A stretch of DNA of 64,000 bases from Macrostomum hystrix. Taxonomy: Eukaryota; Animalia; Platyhelminthes. The translations under genes and the position numbers were made by a program. The DNA lies in the NCBI GenBank assembly GCA_950097015.1, contig CATNEN010000007.1:4774001-4838000 (forward strand), written 5' to 3'. Each line of letters begins with the position of its first letter. The stretch's first letter is position 1. The notes beneath the pieces are model-generated. The model was given only the letters and a program-made list of their open reading frames with translations. It ran no database searches and had not been told where the DNA came from. Below, piece after piece: positions 1 to 10,935 of this stretch.

Positions 1-89
1 GCCCACCGAACAAAGTATTTCGTCAGCCCAACGTATACAGCACGTTAGATAGCGAAATCTCATGATTCCCAACTTTGCCCCATAGCGAC

Positions 90-436
90 GCCCACAAATG
101 TGAACACGCATTCCCAAAGTTTTTTTGTTTACGACAAGCAGGGCTTCCCATAGCACGGGAAGGCATTCACATATCGAAATCTATGTGAGACCAGAGGCTC
201 CCATTTCTGTGAGCACCAAGCAGCCACCCCAACCAATTGGGGTTAGTGTTAGGCTGCTGCGCTTATCGCTATGTGAAGCTCTGAAGAAACCAAAAATAGC
301 TCGCCGTGTGCAGTCTCCGAAGGCTATAAATGCAGCACACCTGAGGCACCCAGGAAATCCTCAAGAAACTCGACCAAGCGATCCAGCTCGACAATCTAAA
401 GCCAGAAATTAGCAACACAAGCCAACAAAGACGGTA
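90..436 (+). promoter_or_regulatory. Proximal promoter of Cys-rich gene 1
   Basis: TATAAA at 325-330. One MRE core (TGCACAC on the minus strand) at 306-312. TATGTGA at 182-188 and 270-276, TTATCGC at 263-269. ATG at 437 in gtaATGG context. Confidence 0.55.
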
Positions 437-1519
437 ATGGAATCACAAGAGAAACCACAGTGCAAGTGCGACACCTGCGAATGCAAGAACTGCAAGTGCG
501 AGACCTGCGAATGCAAGAACTGCAAGTGTGAGAACTGCAAATGCAAGAACTGCAAGTGCGAGACCTGCGAATGCAAGAACTGCAAGTGTGAGAACTGCGA
601 ATGCAAGAACTGCAAGTGCGAGAATTGCGAATGCAAGAACTGCAAGTGCGAGAACTGCGAATGCAAGAACTGCAAGTGCGAGACCTGCGAATGCAAGAAC
701 TGCAAGTGTGAGACCTGCGAATGCAAGAACTGCAAGTGCGAGACCTGCGAATGCAAGAACTGCAAGTGTGAGACCTGCGAATGCAAGAACTGCAAGTGCG
801 AGAACTGCGAATGCAAGAACTGCAAGTGCGACACCTGCGAATGCAAGAACTGCAAGTGTGAGACCTGCGAATGCAAGAACTGCAAGTGCGAGACCTGCGA
901 ATGCAAGAACTGCAAGTGTGAGACCTGCGAATGCAAGAACTGCAAGTGCGAGAACTGCGAATGCAAGAACTGCAAGTGCGACACCTGCGAATGCAAGAAC
1001 TGCAAGTGCGACACCTGCGAATGCAAGAACTGCAAGTGCGAGAACTGCGAATGCAAGAACTGCAAGTGCGAGAACTGCGAATGCAAGAACTGCAAGTGCG
1101 AGAACTGCGAATGCAAGAACTGCAAGTGCGAGAACTGCGAATGCGAGAACTGCAAGTGCGACACCTGCGAATGCAAGAACTGCAAGTGCGAGAACTGCGA
1201 ATGCAAGAACTGCAAGTGCGACACCTGCGAATGCAAGAACTGCAAGTGCGAGAACTGCGAATGCAAGAACTGCAAGTGCGAGAACTGCGAATGCAAGAAC
1301 TGCAAGTGCGAGAATTGCGAATGCAAGAACTGCAAGTGCGAGACCTGCGAATGCAAGAACTGCAAGTGCGAGAATTGCGAATGCAAGAACTGCAAGTGCG
1401 AGACCTGCGAATGCAAGAACTGCAAGTGCGAGACCTGCGAATGCAAGAACTGCAAGTGCGAGAACTGCGAATGCAAGAACTGCAAGTGCGAGACCGGTGA
1501 ATGCAAGAACTGCAAGTGA
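437..1519 (+). CDS. Giant Cys-rich repeat protein 1 (360 aa, ~140 Cys), metallothionein-like
   Basis: Unique N-terminus MESQEKPQ, then 35 x 30-bp units encoding CKC(E/D)(T/N)CECKN. Variation in this frame is synonymous (tgc/tgt, aac/aat) or conservative (E/D, T/N). No aromatic residues, no signal peptide. TATA upstream and AATAAA at 1779-1784. Confidence 0.75.
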   Translation: MESQEKPQCKCDTCECKNCKCETCECKNCKCENCKCKNCKCETCECKNCKCENCECKNCKCENCECKNCKCENCECKNCKCETCECKNCKCETCECKNCKCETCECKNCKCETCECKNCKCENCECKNCKCDTCECKNCKCETCECKNCKCETCECKNCKCETCECKNCKCENCECKNCKCDTCECKNCKCDTCECKNCKCENCECKNCKCENCECKNCKCENCECKNCKCENCECENCKCDTCECKNCKCENCECKNCKCDTCECKNCKCENCECKNCKCENCECKNCKCENCECKNCKCETCECKNCKCENCECKNCKCETCECKNCKCETCECKNCKCENCECKNCKCETGECKNCK

Positions 1520-2261
1520 AAGAACTTCAAAGTCAGGTGCTGCTTTATAGTTGGCAAAAGCAATGAGAAGTTTTCTCATTTGCTGCAAAGCATATGCTCG
1601 TACATATATTCCGCCAATTTACCAAGACGATTTGAGGGACTATAAGCTTTCTCAAAATTGTGTTCACTTTATGTTGATTGCTTATTAAAATTCGGACACT
1701 GAAGCCATTGGTTTTCTTATTTTTTAATCAGAGAAAATTGCTCTTATCAAACGTACCTACTATGTTTGTACCGGAAATAATAAAATTTTTGAGCTGGTGT
1801 TGATTATTTTATAATATTTTCCTTCTGCCGATCCTGCTTTGATACGCAAATATTCACGCTGTAAAATTGTCATTATGCCCGTACAAACAGAACTTAAAAC
1901 AAACAGTTTAAGTACATTTAATGTAATATGAAGCGACATTATTAAAACAAAAAAATGAAAAGCTAATGAATTGATTCAATTGAGTAGATAGGTAAGCTGG
2001 CAAGCTTAAACACACCATCGGAAATGGATTCGCCTCAATCTAATGAAATGTAAGAAAGAAAAGAAATCAACTGGAAACTGTACGAAAACTGGCATTTTAA
2101 CTTCTAAATATAAAATTCGAAAATCTATATATTCTAAATCTTATATACTAAAAATGAAAATATCAACTAAAAAGATAATCATGCGCTTCCACTGAATATA
2201 TCCTGAAGGAATCCTGAAAGTATCATATCAGAGATAACCCCCCTTGAGGATATTATCCGAC

Positions 2262-2535
2262 TGAAGATTTCCTACTGAAGATATCCCGCAGAAGATATCC
2301 CACTGAAGAACTGAACATTATCCCACTGAAGATATCCCGCAGAAGATATCCCACTGAAGAACTGAACATTATCCCACTGAAGATATCCCGCAGAAGATAT
2401 CCCACTGAAGAACTGAACATTATCCCACTGAAGATATCCCGCAGAAGATATCCCACTGAAGAACTGAACATTATCCCACTGAAGATACCCTACTGAAGAT
2501 ATCCCACTGAAGAAATCCTACTGAAGATATCCTGC
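2262..2535. repeat. Minisatellite, 51-bp unit
   Basis: Tandem CCCACTGAAGATATCCCGCAGAAGATATCCCACTGAAGAACTGAACATTAT units. Confidence 0.85.
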
Positions 2536-2539
2536 TGAA

Positions 2540-3360
2540 CATATCATACAGAGGCTATCCAGAAGATATCCTATGAGGCTATCCAGAAGATATCCTATGA
2601 GGCTATCCTGAAGATAATCCTATGTGGCTATCCAGAAGATATCCCATGTGGCTATCCTGAAGATATCCTATGTGGCTATCCTGAAGATATCCTATGAGGC
2701 TATCCAGAAGATATCCTACGTGGCTATCCTGAAGATATCCTATGAGGCTATCCTGAAGATATCCTATGAGGCTATCCTGAAGATATCCTATGTGGCTATC
2801 CAGAAGATATCCTATGAGGCTATCCTGAAGATATCCTATGAGGCTATCCTGAAGATATCCTATGAGGCTATCCTGAAGATATCCTATGAGGCTATCCTGA
2901 AGATATCCTATGAGGCTATCCTGAAGATAATCCTATGTGGCTATCCAGAAGATATCCTATGAGGCTATCCTGAAGATATCCTATGAGGCTATCCTGAAGA
3001 TATCCTATGTGGCTATCCTGAAGATATCCTATGTGGCTATCCTGAAGATATCCTATGTGGCTATCCTGAAGATATCCCATGTGGATATCCTGAAGATATC
3101 CCATGTGGCTATCCTGAAGATATCCTATGTGGCTATCCTGAAGATATCCTATGTGGCTATCCTGAAGATATCCCATGTGGCTATCCTGAAGATATCCTAT
3201 GTGGCTATCCAGAAGATATCCTATGAGGCTATCCTGAAGATAATCCTATGTGGCTATCCAGAAGATATCCTATGAGGCTATCCTGAAGATATCCTATGAG
3301 GCTATCCTGAAGATATCCTATGTGGCTATCCTGAAGATATCCTATGTGGCTATCCTATGG
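2540..3360. repeat. Minisatellite, 24-bp unit
   Basis: Tandem GGCTATCCTGAAGATATCCTAT(G/T)(A/G)-type units with occasional 25-bp variants that shift frame. Confidence 0.9.
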
Positions 3361-3569
3361 AAGAAACCCAGCTGAAATGACACTGAAGACATCCGAAAAG
3401 GAACATATTTTACCCGGCTGAAGAGTGTAGTCGTCCTGAAGGAATCAGCTGGGATTCATTCATCATGAATCTTAACTCAAGTTATCATTTGCGAGCTATC
3501 CAATAGATACACGCATTGACTTACGAGTCCTTTTTCATGAAGCTTGTTGGTGTTTTAATATCTCATTGC

Positions 3570-3977
3570 GTCGATAGCAAACCAGTTTTTGCATACTCGA
3601 GCCCGCTCACATTGCCGCTCATGCAGAAAACCCCATTTATGTGAATCCGCATTCCCATCAAAGCTTGTACCAAGGCGATAAGCAGAAAGCGACTCCCATA
3701 TTTTGGGAGCGCCCCGAGTTCTATGTGAGTCCAAACTGGGTTACAGCTTCAAACCAATTTGCAGCAGGTTTATGTGAAGCCTACCAGTCCTTATCGCATA
3801 CTGACGGCGTGCCAAAGCCAAGAAACCATGACGGTGACCGGCACACACCTCCTATTCAATTTTTCACTATAAAGCTTAGCGGCTCCATGACATGCCAGAG
3901 CAAGCACTTAACAGGCTCTGTATAATCTATCTATTTTTCACCTTGCTAACACTCCTACAGCCACTGCAGCAACTATC
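3570..3977 (+). promoter_or_regulatory. Proximal promoter of Cys-rich gene 2
   Basis: TATAAA at 3868-3873. TATGTGA at 3638, 3722 and 3771. GCGATAA at 3675, TTATCGC at 3791. Branch-point/acceptor-like gctaac...ctacag ends at 3960, before ATG 3978. Confidence 0.5.
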
Positions 3978-6434
3978 ATGGAAATGGGTGACTGTGAAAA
4001 GTGCAAGAGCAACACATGCGGGTGCCGTGAATGCAAGTGCGAGAGCTGCAGTTGTAAGGACGGAGACTGCAAGGACTGCAAGTGTACTGACTGCAAGTGT
4101 ACTGACTGCAAGTGCACCGACTGCAAGTGTACTGACAGCAAGTGCACCGACTGCAAGTGCACTGACTGCAAGTGTTCCGACTGCAAGTGTACCGACTGCA
4201 AGTGTACCGATTGCAAGTGTACCGACTGCAAATGTACTGACTGCAAGTGTACCGACTGCAAGTGCACCGACTGCAAGTGTACCGACTGCAAGTGCACCGA
4301 CTGCAAGTGCACCGACTGCAAGTGTACCGACTGCAAGTGCACCGACTGCAAGTGTACCGACTGCAAATGTACTGACTGCAAGTGCACCGACTGCAAGTGT
4401 ACCGACTGCAAGTGTACCGACTGCAAGTGCACCGACTGCAAGTGCACCGACTGCAAGTGTACCGACTCCAAGTGTGACACCCGCAAGTGCCGTGAATGCA
4501 AGTGCGAGAGCTGCAGTTGCAAAGACGGAGACTGCAAAGACTGCAAGTGCACCGACTGCAAGTGCACTGACTGCAAGTGTTCCGACTGCAAGTGTACCGA
4601 CTGCAAGTGTACCGACTGCAAGTGCACCGACTGCAAGTGTACCGACTGCAAGTGTACCGACTGCAAGTGCACCGACTGCAAGTGCACCGACTGCAAGTGT
4701 ACCGACTCCAAGTGTGACACCCGCAAGTGCCGTGAATGCAAGTGCGAGAGCTGCAGTTGCAAAGACGGAGACTGCAAAGACTGCAAGTGCACCGACTGCA
4801 AGTGCACTGACTGCAAGTGTTCCGACTGCAAGTGTACCGACTGCAAGTGTACCGACTGCAAGTGCACCGACTGCAAGTGCACCGACTGCAAGTGCACCGA
4901 CTGCAAGTGTACCGACTGCAAGTGCACCGACTGCAAGTGTACCGACTGCAAATGTACTGACTGCAAGTGCACCGACTGCAAGTGTACCGACTGCAAGTGC
5001 ACCGACTGCAAGTGCACCGACTGCAAGTGCACCGACTGCAAGTGCACCGACTGCAAGTGTACCGACTGCAAGTGCACCGACTGCAAGTGTACCGACTGCA
5101 AATGTACCGACTGCAAGTGCACCGACTGCAAGTGTACCGACTGCAAATGTACTGACTGCAAGTGCACCGACTGCAAGTGTACCGACTGCAAGTGTACCGA
5201 CTGCAAGTGCACCGACTGCAAGTGCACCGACTGCAAGTGTACCGACTCCAAGTGTGACACCCGCAAGTGCCGTGAATGCAAGTGCGAGAGCTGCAGTTGC
5301 AAAGACGGAGACTGCAAAGACTGCAAGTGCACCGACTGCAAGTGCACCGACTGCAAGTGCACTGACTGCAAGTGTTCCGACTGCAAGTGTACCGACTGCA
5401 AGTGTACCGACTGCAAGTGCACCGACTGCAAGTGTACCGACTGCAAGTGTACCGACTGCAAGTGCACCGACTGCAAGTGCACCGACTGCAAGTGTACCGA
5501 CTCCAAGTGTGACACCCGCAAGTGCCGTGAATGCAAGTGCGAGAGCTGCAGTTGCAAAGACGGAGACTGCAAAGACTGCAAGTGCACCGACTGCAAGTGC
5601 ACCGACTGCAAGTGTACCGACTGCAAGTGCACCGACTGCAAGTGCACCGACTGCAAGTGCACCGACTGCAAGTGCACCGACTGCAAGTGTACCGACTGCA
5701 AGTGCACCGACTGCAAGTGTACCGACTGCAAATGTACCGACTGCAAGTGCACCGACTGCAAGTGTACCGACTGCAAATGTACTGACTGCAAGTGCACCGA
5801 CTGCAAGTGTACCGACTGCAAGTGTACCGACTGCAAGTGCACCGACTGCAAGTGCACCGACTGCAAGTGTACCGACTCCAAGTGTGACACCCGCAAGTGC
5901 CGTGAATGCAAGTGCGAGAGCTGCAGTTGCAAAGACGGAGACTGCAAAGACTGCAAGTGCACCGACTGCAAGTGCACCGACTGCAAGTGCACTGACTGCA
6001 AGTGTTCCGACTGCAAGTGTACCGACTGCAAGTGTACCGACTGCAAGTGCACCGACTGCAAGTGCACCGATTGCAAGTGTACCGACTGCAAGTGCACCGA
6101 CTGCAAGTGCACCGACTGCAAGTGTACCGACTGCAAGTGCTCCGACTGCAAGTGTACCGACTGCAAGTGTACCGACTGCAAGTGTACCGACTGCAAGTGT
6201 ACTGACAGCAAGTGCACCGACTGCAAGTGTGACACCCGCAAGTGCCGTGAATGCAAGTGCGAGAGCTGCAGTTGCAAAGACGGAGACTGCAAAGACTGCA
6301 AGTGTTCCGACTGCAAGTGCTCCGACTGCAAGTGTACCGACTGCAAGTGTACCGACTGCAAGTGTACTGACAGCAAGTGCAATGACTGTAAGTGTGACAC
6401 CTGCAAGTGCCGTGAATGCAAGTGCGAGAGCTGA
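3978..6434 (+). CDS. Giant Cys-rich repeat protein 2 (818 aa, ~303 Cys), metallothionein-like
   Basis: N-terminus MEMGDCEKCKSNTCGC, then 162 pentapeptides in xxCxC register (mostly TDCKC), punctuated by a recurring DTRKC-RECKC-ESCSC-KDGDC-KDCKC module. Variants are mostly third-position synonymous (tgt/tgc, acc/act, aag/aaa, gac/gat). ATG in atcATGG context. Confidence 0.75.
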   Translation: MEMGDCEKCKSNTCGCRECKCESCSCKDGDCKDCKCTDCKCTDCKCTDCKCTDSKCTDCKCTDCKCSDCKCTDCKCTDCKCTDCKCTDCKCTDCKCTDCKCTDCKCTDCKCTDCKCTDCKCTDCKCTDCKCTDCKCTDCKCTDCKCTDCKCTDCKCTDCKCTDSKCDTRKCRECKCESCSCKDGDCKDCKCTDCKCTDCKCSDCKCTDCKCTDCKCTDCKCTDCKCTDCKCTDCKCTDCKCTDSKCDTRKCRECKCESCSCKDGDCKDCKCTDCKCTDCKCSDCKCTDCKCTDCKCTDCKCTDCKCTDCKCTDCKCTDCKCTDCKCTDCKCTDCKCTDCKCTDCKCTDCKCTDCKCTDCKCTDCKCTDCKCTDCKCTDCKCTDCKCTDCKCTDCKCTDCKCTDCKCTDCKCTDCKCTDCKCTDSKCDTRKCRECKCESCSCKDGDCKDCKCTDCKCTDCKCTDCKCSDCKCTDCKCTDCKCTDCKCTDCKCTDCKCTDCKCTDCKCTDSKCDTRKCRECKCESCSCKDGDCKDCKCTDCKCTDCKCTDCKCTDCKCTDCKCTDCKCTDCKCTDCKCTDCKCTDCKCTDCKCTDCKCTDCKCTDCKCTDCKCTDCKCTDCKCTDCKCTDCKCTDSKCDTRKCRECKCESCSCKDGDCKDCKCTDCKCTDCKCTDCKCSDCKCTDCKCTDCKCTDCKCTDCKCTDCKCTDCKCTDCKCTDCKCSDCKCTDCKCTDCKCTDCKCTDSKCTDCKCDTRKCRECKCESCSCKDGDCKDCKCSDCKCSDCKCTDCKCTDCKCTDSKCNDCKCDTCKCRECKCES

Positions 6435-6561
6435 AGTTGCAAAGGACGGAGACTGCAAAGACTGCAAGTGTTCCGACTGCAAGTGCTCCGACTGCAGGTG
6501 TGACACCTGCAAATTATAGTTCGAGAGCTGCGAGTGCGAGGACGTAGCCTGCATGCAATGA
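6435..6561 (+). other. Degenerate Cys-repeat tail downstream of the gene 2 stop
   Basis: After the TGA, a +1 G insertion (aaaggacgg vs aaagacgg). The shifted frame reads DGDCKDCKCSDCKCSDCRCDTCKL*FESCECEDVACMQ*. Confidence 0.6.
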
Positions 6562-8238
6562 TGGCATTAAAGGCTAAAGATAGCTATCACAAGTGCAATT
6601 CTAGAACTGACAGAAAATTTCGAAGTGGAAGAAACCTCGGTCTAACATTATTTTGATTTACAATCAGCCATTAAGTGCTTTTTACGTTCATTTTTGAGGG
6701 AATAATATCTAATTTGAGTTACATAATATGCTGCATTGATTTGACTTCTTTATATTTTGCTGCTGTTGATTTTACTCGTACTTTCTTATTTATAGTTCAC
6801 GTCCTTGCTTGATTTCGCAGCCATCTCCACTTTCAAGTTTGATTGCTTAAGACAGAGTGCACATTTCCAATTTTTTTAAATAAACGTTAATTTGAAGCTA
6901 GCTTCTAAATGGACTTCGGAAACGCGATGAGACACATGCAGATATTGTTAAGAACTTGGCAACGGCAAGCTTGCGGCCTTAGGCCTAACAACTTATAAGA
7001 TTTATAAAAACCGCCATTTTGGAGTTAGATGAAATTGAGTCAAAATCAGTACAACAGAATCGTATACAATTTATCAATGTAATTGCTTAATGGATTATCG
7101 TAATTAATTGCTGACGATACATATAAATTTACTGAAACTGTGGCCGATTGCAAGCTAATCCATTGTGCGACAGCTGTGGCAGCTCATAGCGAAGTACACA
7201 GTGTTGTAACGTTTTGAACAAAGGAACATACAGTTTTATTTGAAAAAACTGTTCCGACGAGCAAGACAACTATGTGGTCGGCGACCGTTAAAATGCAGCG
7301 TGGTACAAACCGAAATTTTGTGCTCTTTAAAACCTGGAAATCGATACAAAAAGCTGGAATTGACAGCGGCTGCACGCTGCACTGCAGTCATTTATATGTT
7401 GTATTGTATGTGTTTTCTCAATGAGTTCTCGGTCACCCCGCCCAGATGAGTTTAAGAAAGTAGAACCACATAGTGAAGTTTTCTATACTATTTTAATAAT
7501 ATATAGGAGCTGCTCTGATCTGCTCTGCAGCCCTCAACAACCCAGACTAGAGAATATTATATGTTTAACGACAACTTGCGTGTGAAAGCCACAAACCTTG
7601 GCTGGATCATCTCAAGCATCCTTAGAGACTTTCTGCAAACCTTTATACAACGTGCCGAACACTGGGTGTGTATAGCTTTGCTTTCTTCTAAAATCGTTAA
7701 TTCCAAAAACCGTAGATCGCTGCAAATAGTAGTCATCTTCGACAGCAGACGAAACAGTGTAAACACTGTAAAGCATCGAGTCACTGCTTCCGGAATCAAA
7801 CCTAATAACCTTTAGGAAGCAAACCTAGATGTTATCCTTGATCATATGTTACACTCGAAACAAAATCACCAAATCTCTTACGACGCTGTCGAATCTGCAA
7901 AGAAAATAATTTACGATAGAATCTCGGACTTGCGATAACTAAGTATTTTAACTAACAAATATACATACATGCTTTTGGGTCCTACAAGCATAAAATTGTC
8001 TGACAATTTTTTATGTAAATAACATTAATTGAAAAAATTCCGACTGGCAAAATAGTGCTTTTAAGCTATTTTGACTTAACAGGAACCTGAAAAAAAGTCT
8101 AAAAAGTTTTCTTGATTTATAAGTAACTTATTAGGCCCCTACTACTAAATAATTAAGCGTTGTGGTTCAGCAACAAGCGTATACGTTTTCCTGTCGTATT
8201 TAATATTAAATGTTAAATGTACTGTCATTTATAGACTA

Positions 8239-8881
8239 GGGTAATGTATCATCAACCAAACAAGAATGTGTATTTTTTTAACTTCAAACCTAAGCTACAG
8301 ATTTTCTATTTTAGATATCATGATAAATCAAAAGCCAAGTTATAGAAAACAGTTACATCTTTCTAAAAAGTATCTGCTTTTGCTAATTTATCAAATATAA
8401 AAAAAGTTATTCCTGCTTTTTATCTAAAACCGAACAATGATTTTCATGTATCTTCAAACCAAACAGAGAATTTGATGTTTGGTTTTACAATTTGAGTGAG
8501 TGGTTTAATCTTATTTTAAGGATGGAACTATCATGAATTATGTAATTTGAAAGCATTTTTCATGCTCTATAAATAACTACATTTATGGTCATTTAATTGG
8601 TAAGCAACCACATACAATCTTCATCTAAAGTACATACTGAAAAAATGTTGTTAAAAAGTATGCTTTTGCAATAAAAATTTCTACTGAATCATCAATATCT
8701 TTCTTTCCTCTTAATGCTTCATTGCACATCATGCCTCAGCTTGTAGATAATTTCTTCAACTTTCAAATTAGTTGTTCTGTGAAACACAATAGCTTGTTTC
8801 TATCTTGCACGAGACCAAGGAAGAAGAAAAAATTCTTGTTTGGTTTTGAAGATACACTGTTCGGTTGATGATACATTACCC
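8239..8881. mobile_element. Non-autonomous MITE (TA target duplication, Tc1/mariner-type)
   Basis: Perfect 19-bp TIR GGGTAATGTATCATCAACC at 8239-8257 and 8863-8881. TA on both sides (8237-38, 8882-83). Internal subterminal-like copy of GTATCTTCAAACCAAACA near 8448. No ORF. Confidence 0.7.
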
Positions 8882-10935
8882 TATACCAAAGCCGTTTGAT
8901 AACAACTTTAGCTTTGTACAAGCAAGCAAGATTTTCATTTTTAGTATATTTTGTATGTAATAGGCCTAGGCCCTATTGACACCTACACTATTTAGATGAC
9001 TTACCTACTGACTTAACCTTGTTACACTTTTTCTGCGTCTACATAAATTGCGATAATAATATATGCCACTATTGACACACCATTATGCCTCAAGGAGTCT
9101 AGGGTGTATGCCTAGACATACTAAATAGCTAAATGGTCCCTAGGCTACCCTACACAATGCACTGCACTTACACACTAGGCCTAGTCTACATTAGGCCATG
9201 TTATAGATGCTTGGCTTAAATACACAGTGGACTTTTATAACTAACTAGGCCTACTGGAAATTCTGCCTACTGTTTTATTAAGTATAAGTAATGAAACTTC
9301 TTTATAGTAAAACTATAAACAATTACTAACACAACCAATGGCAACAAGCTACTCAGATGGCATAGTAGTGTGCCACCCATTAAATAATTTTGCAAAATGT
9401 AACAAGGCAAGAATAAATCATATTTTTCTCCCAGTCCCTCCTGCCCTTTCTCTTCTCTCTTTCTCTTTGGTTTTGACCATGGACATGGCCATGCAGTGCC
9501 ATGTTGTTTAAAAAACTTGTGTAATTTCAAGTCTTTAACAAAGCAAGTTTGTTGTCTTTCAAAAATGCAAAAATTTCAGAATAACATATGTGCAAAGCTA
9601 GAGGATTGCCAGTCTACTATACATATATAGCCAGCAAGTTTTATATACATATTTTCATATAATACATAAAATATTTCTTAAATACTTAGTTGTTTTTTTG
9701 ATTTGGGTGTTTTTCAGTTGAATTATTTTCAAAACCTGAAAATGCTACTTTTTATGATTAGCCATTCCAAAAAAATATAAATTCAAAGAATATCAATCAT
9801 TGAAATTATTTAGGCTTTTTACTTTTTATACTATTATTTAATATTTTCTTATCAATCATTGACATAATTTATTACTTTTTTAGTTATTTAAAGCATAAGT
9901 ACAAACCATTTATAAAATGATTTTTTCTTATACGAGTTTTCTCGTTCTTTCTCTTGTAGACTATAATATACTCATAGCTATGGTTATCCTAGTTTATTCT
10001 TTCAAAAATGTCTGTTTTTATGACTTTAATATTTTATTGTTTTTATGATCTTAGTATGACTTATGATCTTATAATAATAATAATAACAATAATAAGACTA
10101 ATAATATGCAACCTGCTGACCAGGCAGTGGCCCAAAAAATGGAAGCACCAAAATGCCAGCTTAAGGTCTAGTTTGCAGACATGCTTCACTCCGTCAGCCT
10201 AGCTTGGGGCAGCCATGTTGGAGAAAGGCAGGTCAATATAATAGGCCAATCGGCCCTGTCAGTGCCTTTGTGGTCCCTGTGGAATCCACAGAAGCACATC
10301 CTGCAGTGGCTCAGGGCAAAAATCATAAAATGACTAAGCATATATATCCATATGCTTAGAGTTTGGCCAAAACCTAAATTTTCCCATAGCCTATCCATAA
10401 CCATATTCATATATGAAACTTACAAACTTCTGGTGACTTCATTCTTCTTTCCAATTTCTGTGAAATCTTTAGTCCCTCTAATGTAAAATTGTCACAGCCA
10501 CCCACCAATCCATAAAACAGGCATGCATATGATAGGCTTTCTATTATAATTTAAACTTCTGACTTTAGTATCATATATTGATACCATAAAAATAATTGGA
10601 CTGAGAAAATGAATATAGAACAGAGTACATTGTAATATGGTGTATTAAGTCCAACAATCTATTTTCTATAATGTATTTAATAAAAGTGTTCTAAGCTAAC
10701 CTATCTATAATACAAGAGATATCATTTGTGCTTTTTACAAATTTAGTTTACAAATAAACAAATATTAAACAGTGTAACAGCTTGACACCCAGCTTGACCT
10801 ATCTGCATGTGCATATATATATATATTAAGGAAAAAATATGTTGCTGCAATTAAAAAATATCTCAGGAACCTGTTTCGCATGCAAAGTGTTTCAGTGTCT
10901 ATTTAGTCATTGAATAGCTAGTAGCTGATCATTAA

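Noticed and set aside
409-6554. Long alternative-frame and antisense ORFs over the Cys genes (TASAP/TASVP, LAVLAF, SHLQF, MQELQV)
   Set aside because: Shadows of a stop-free 15/30-bp repeat. Variation is synonymous only in the Cys frame.
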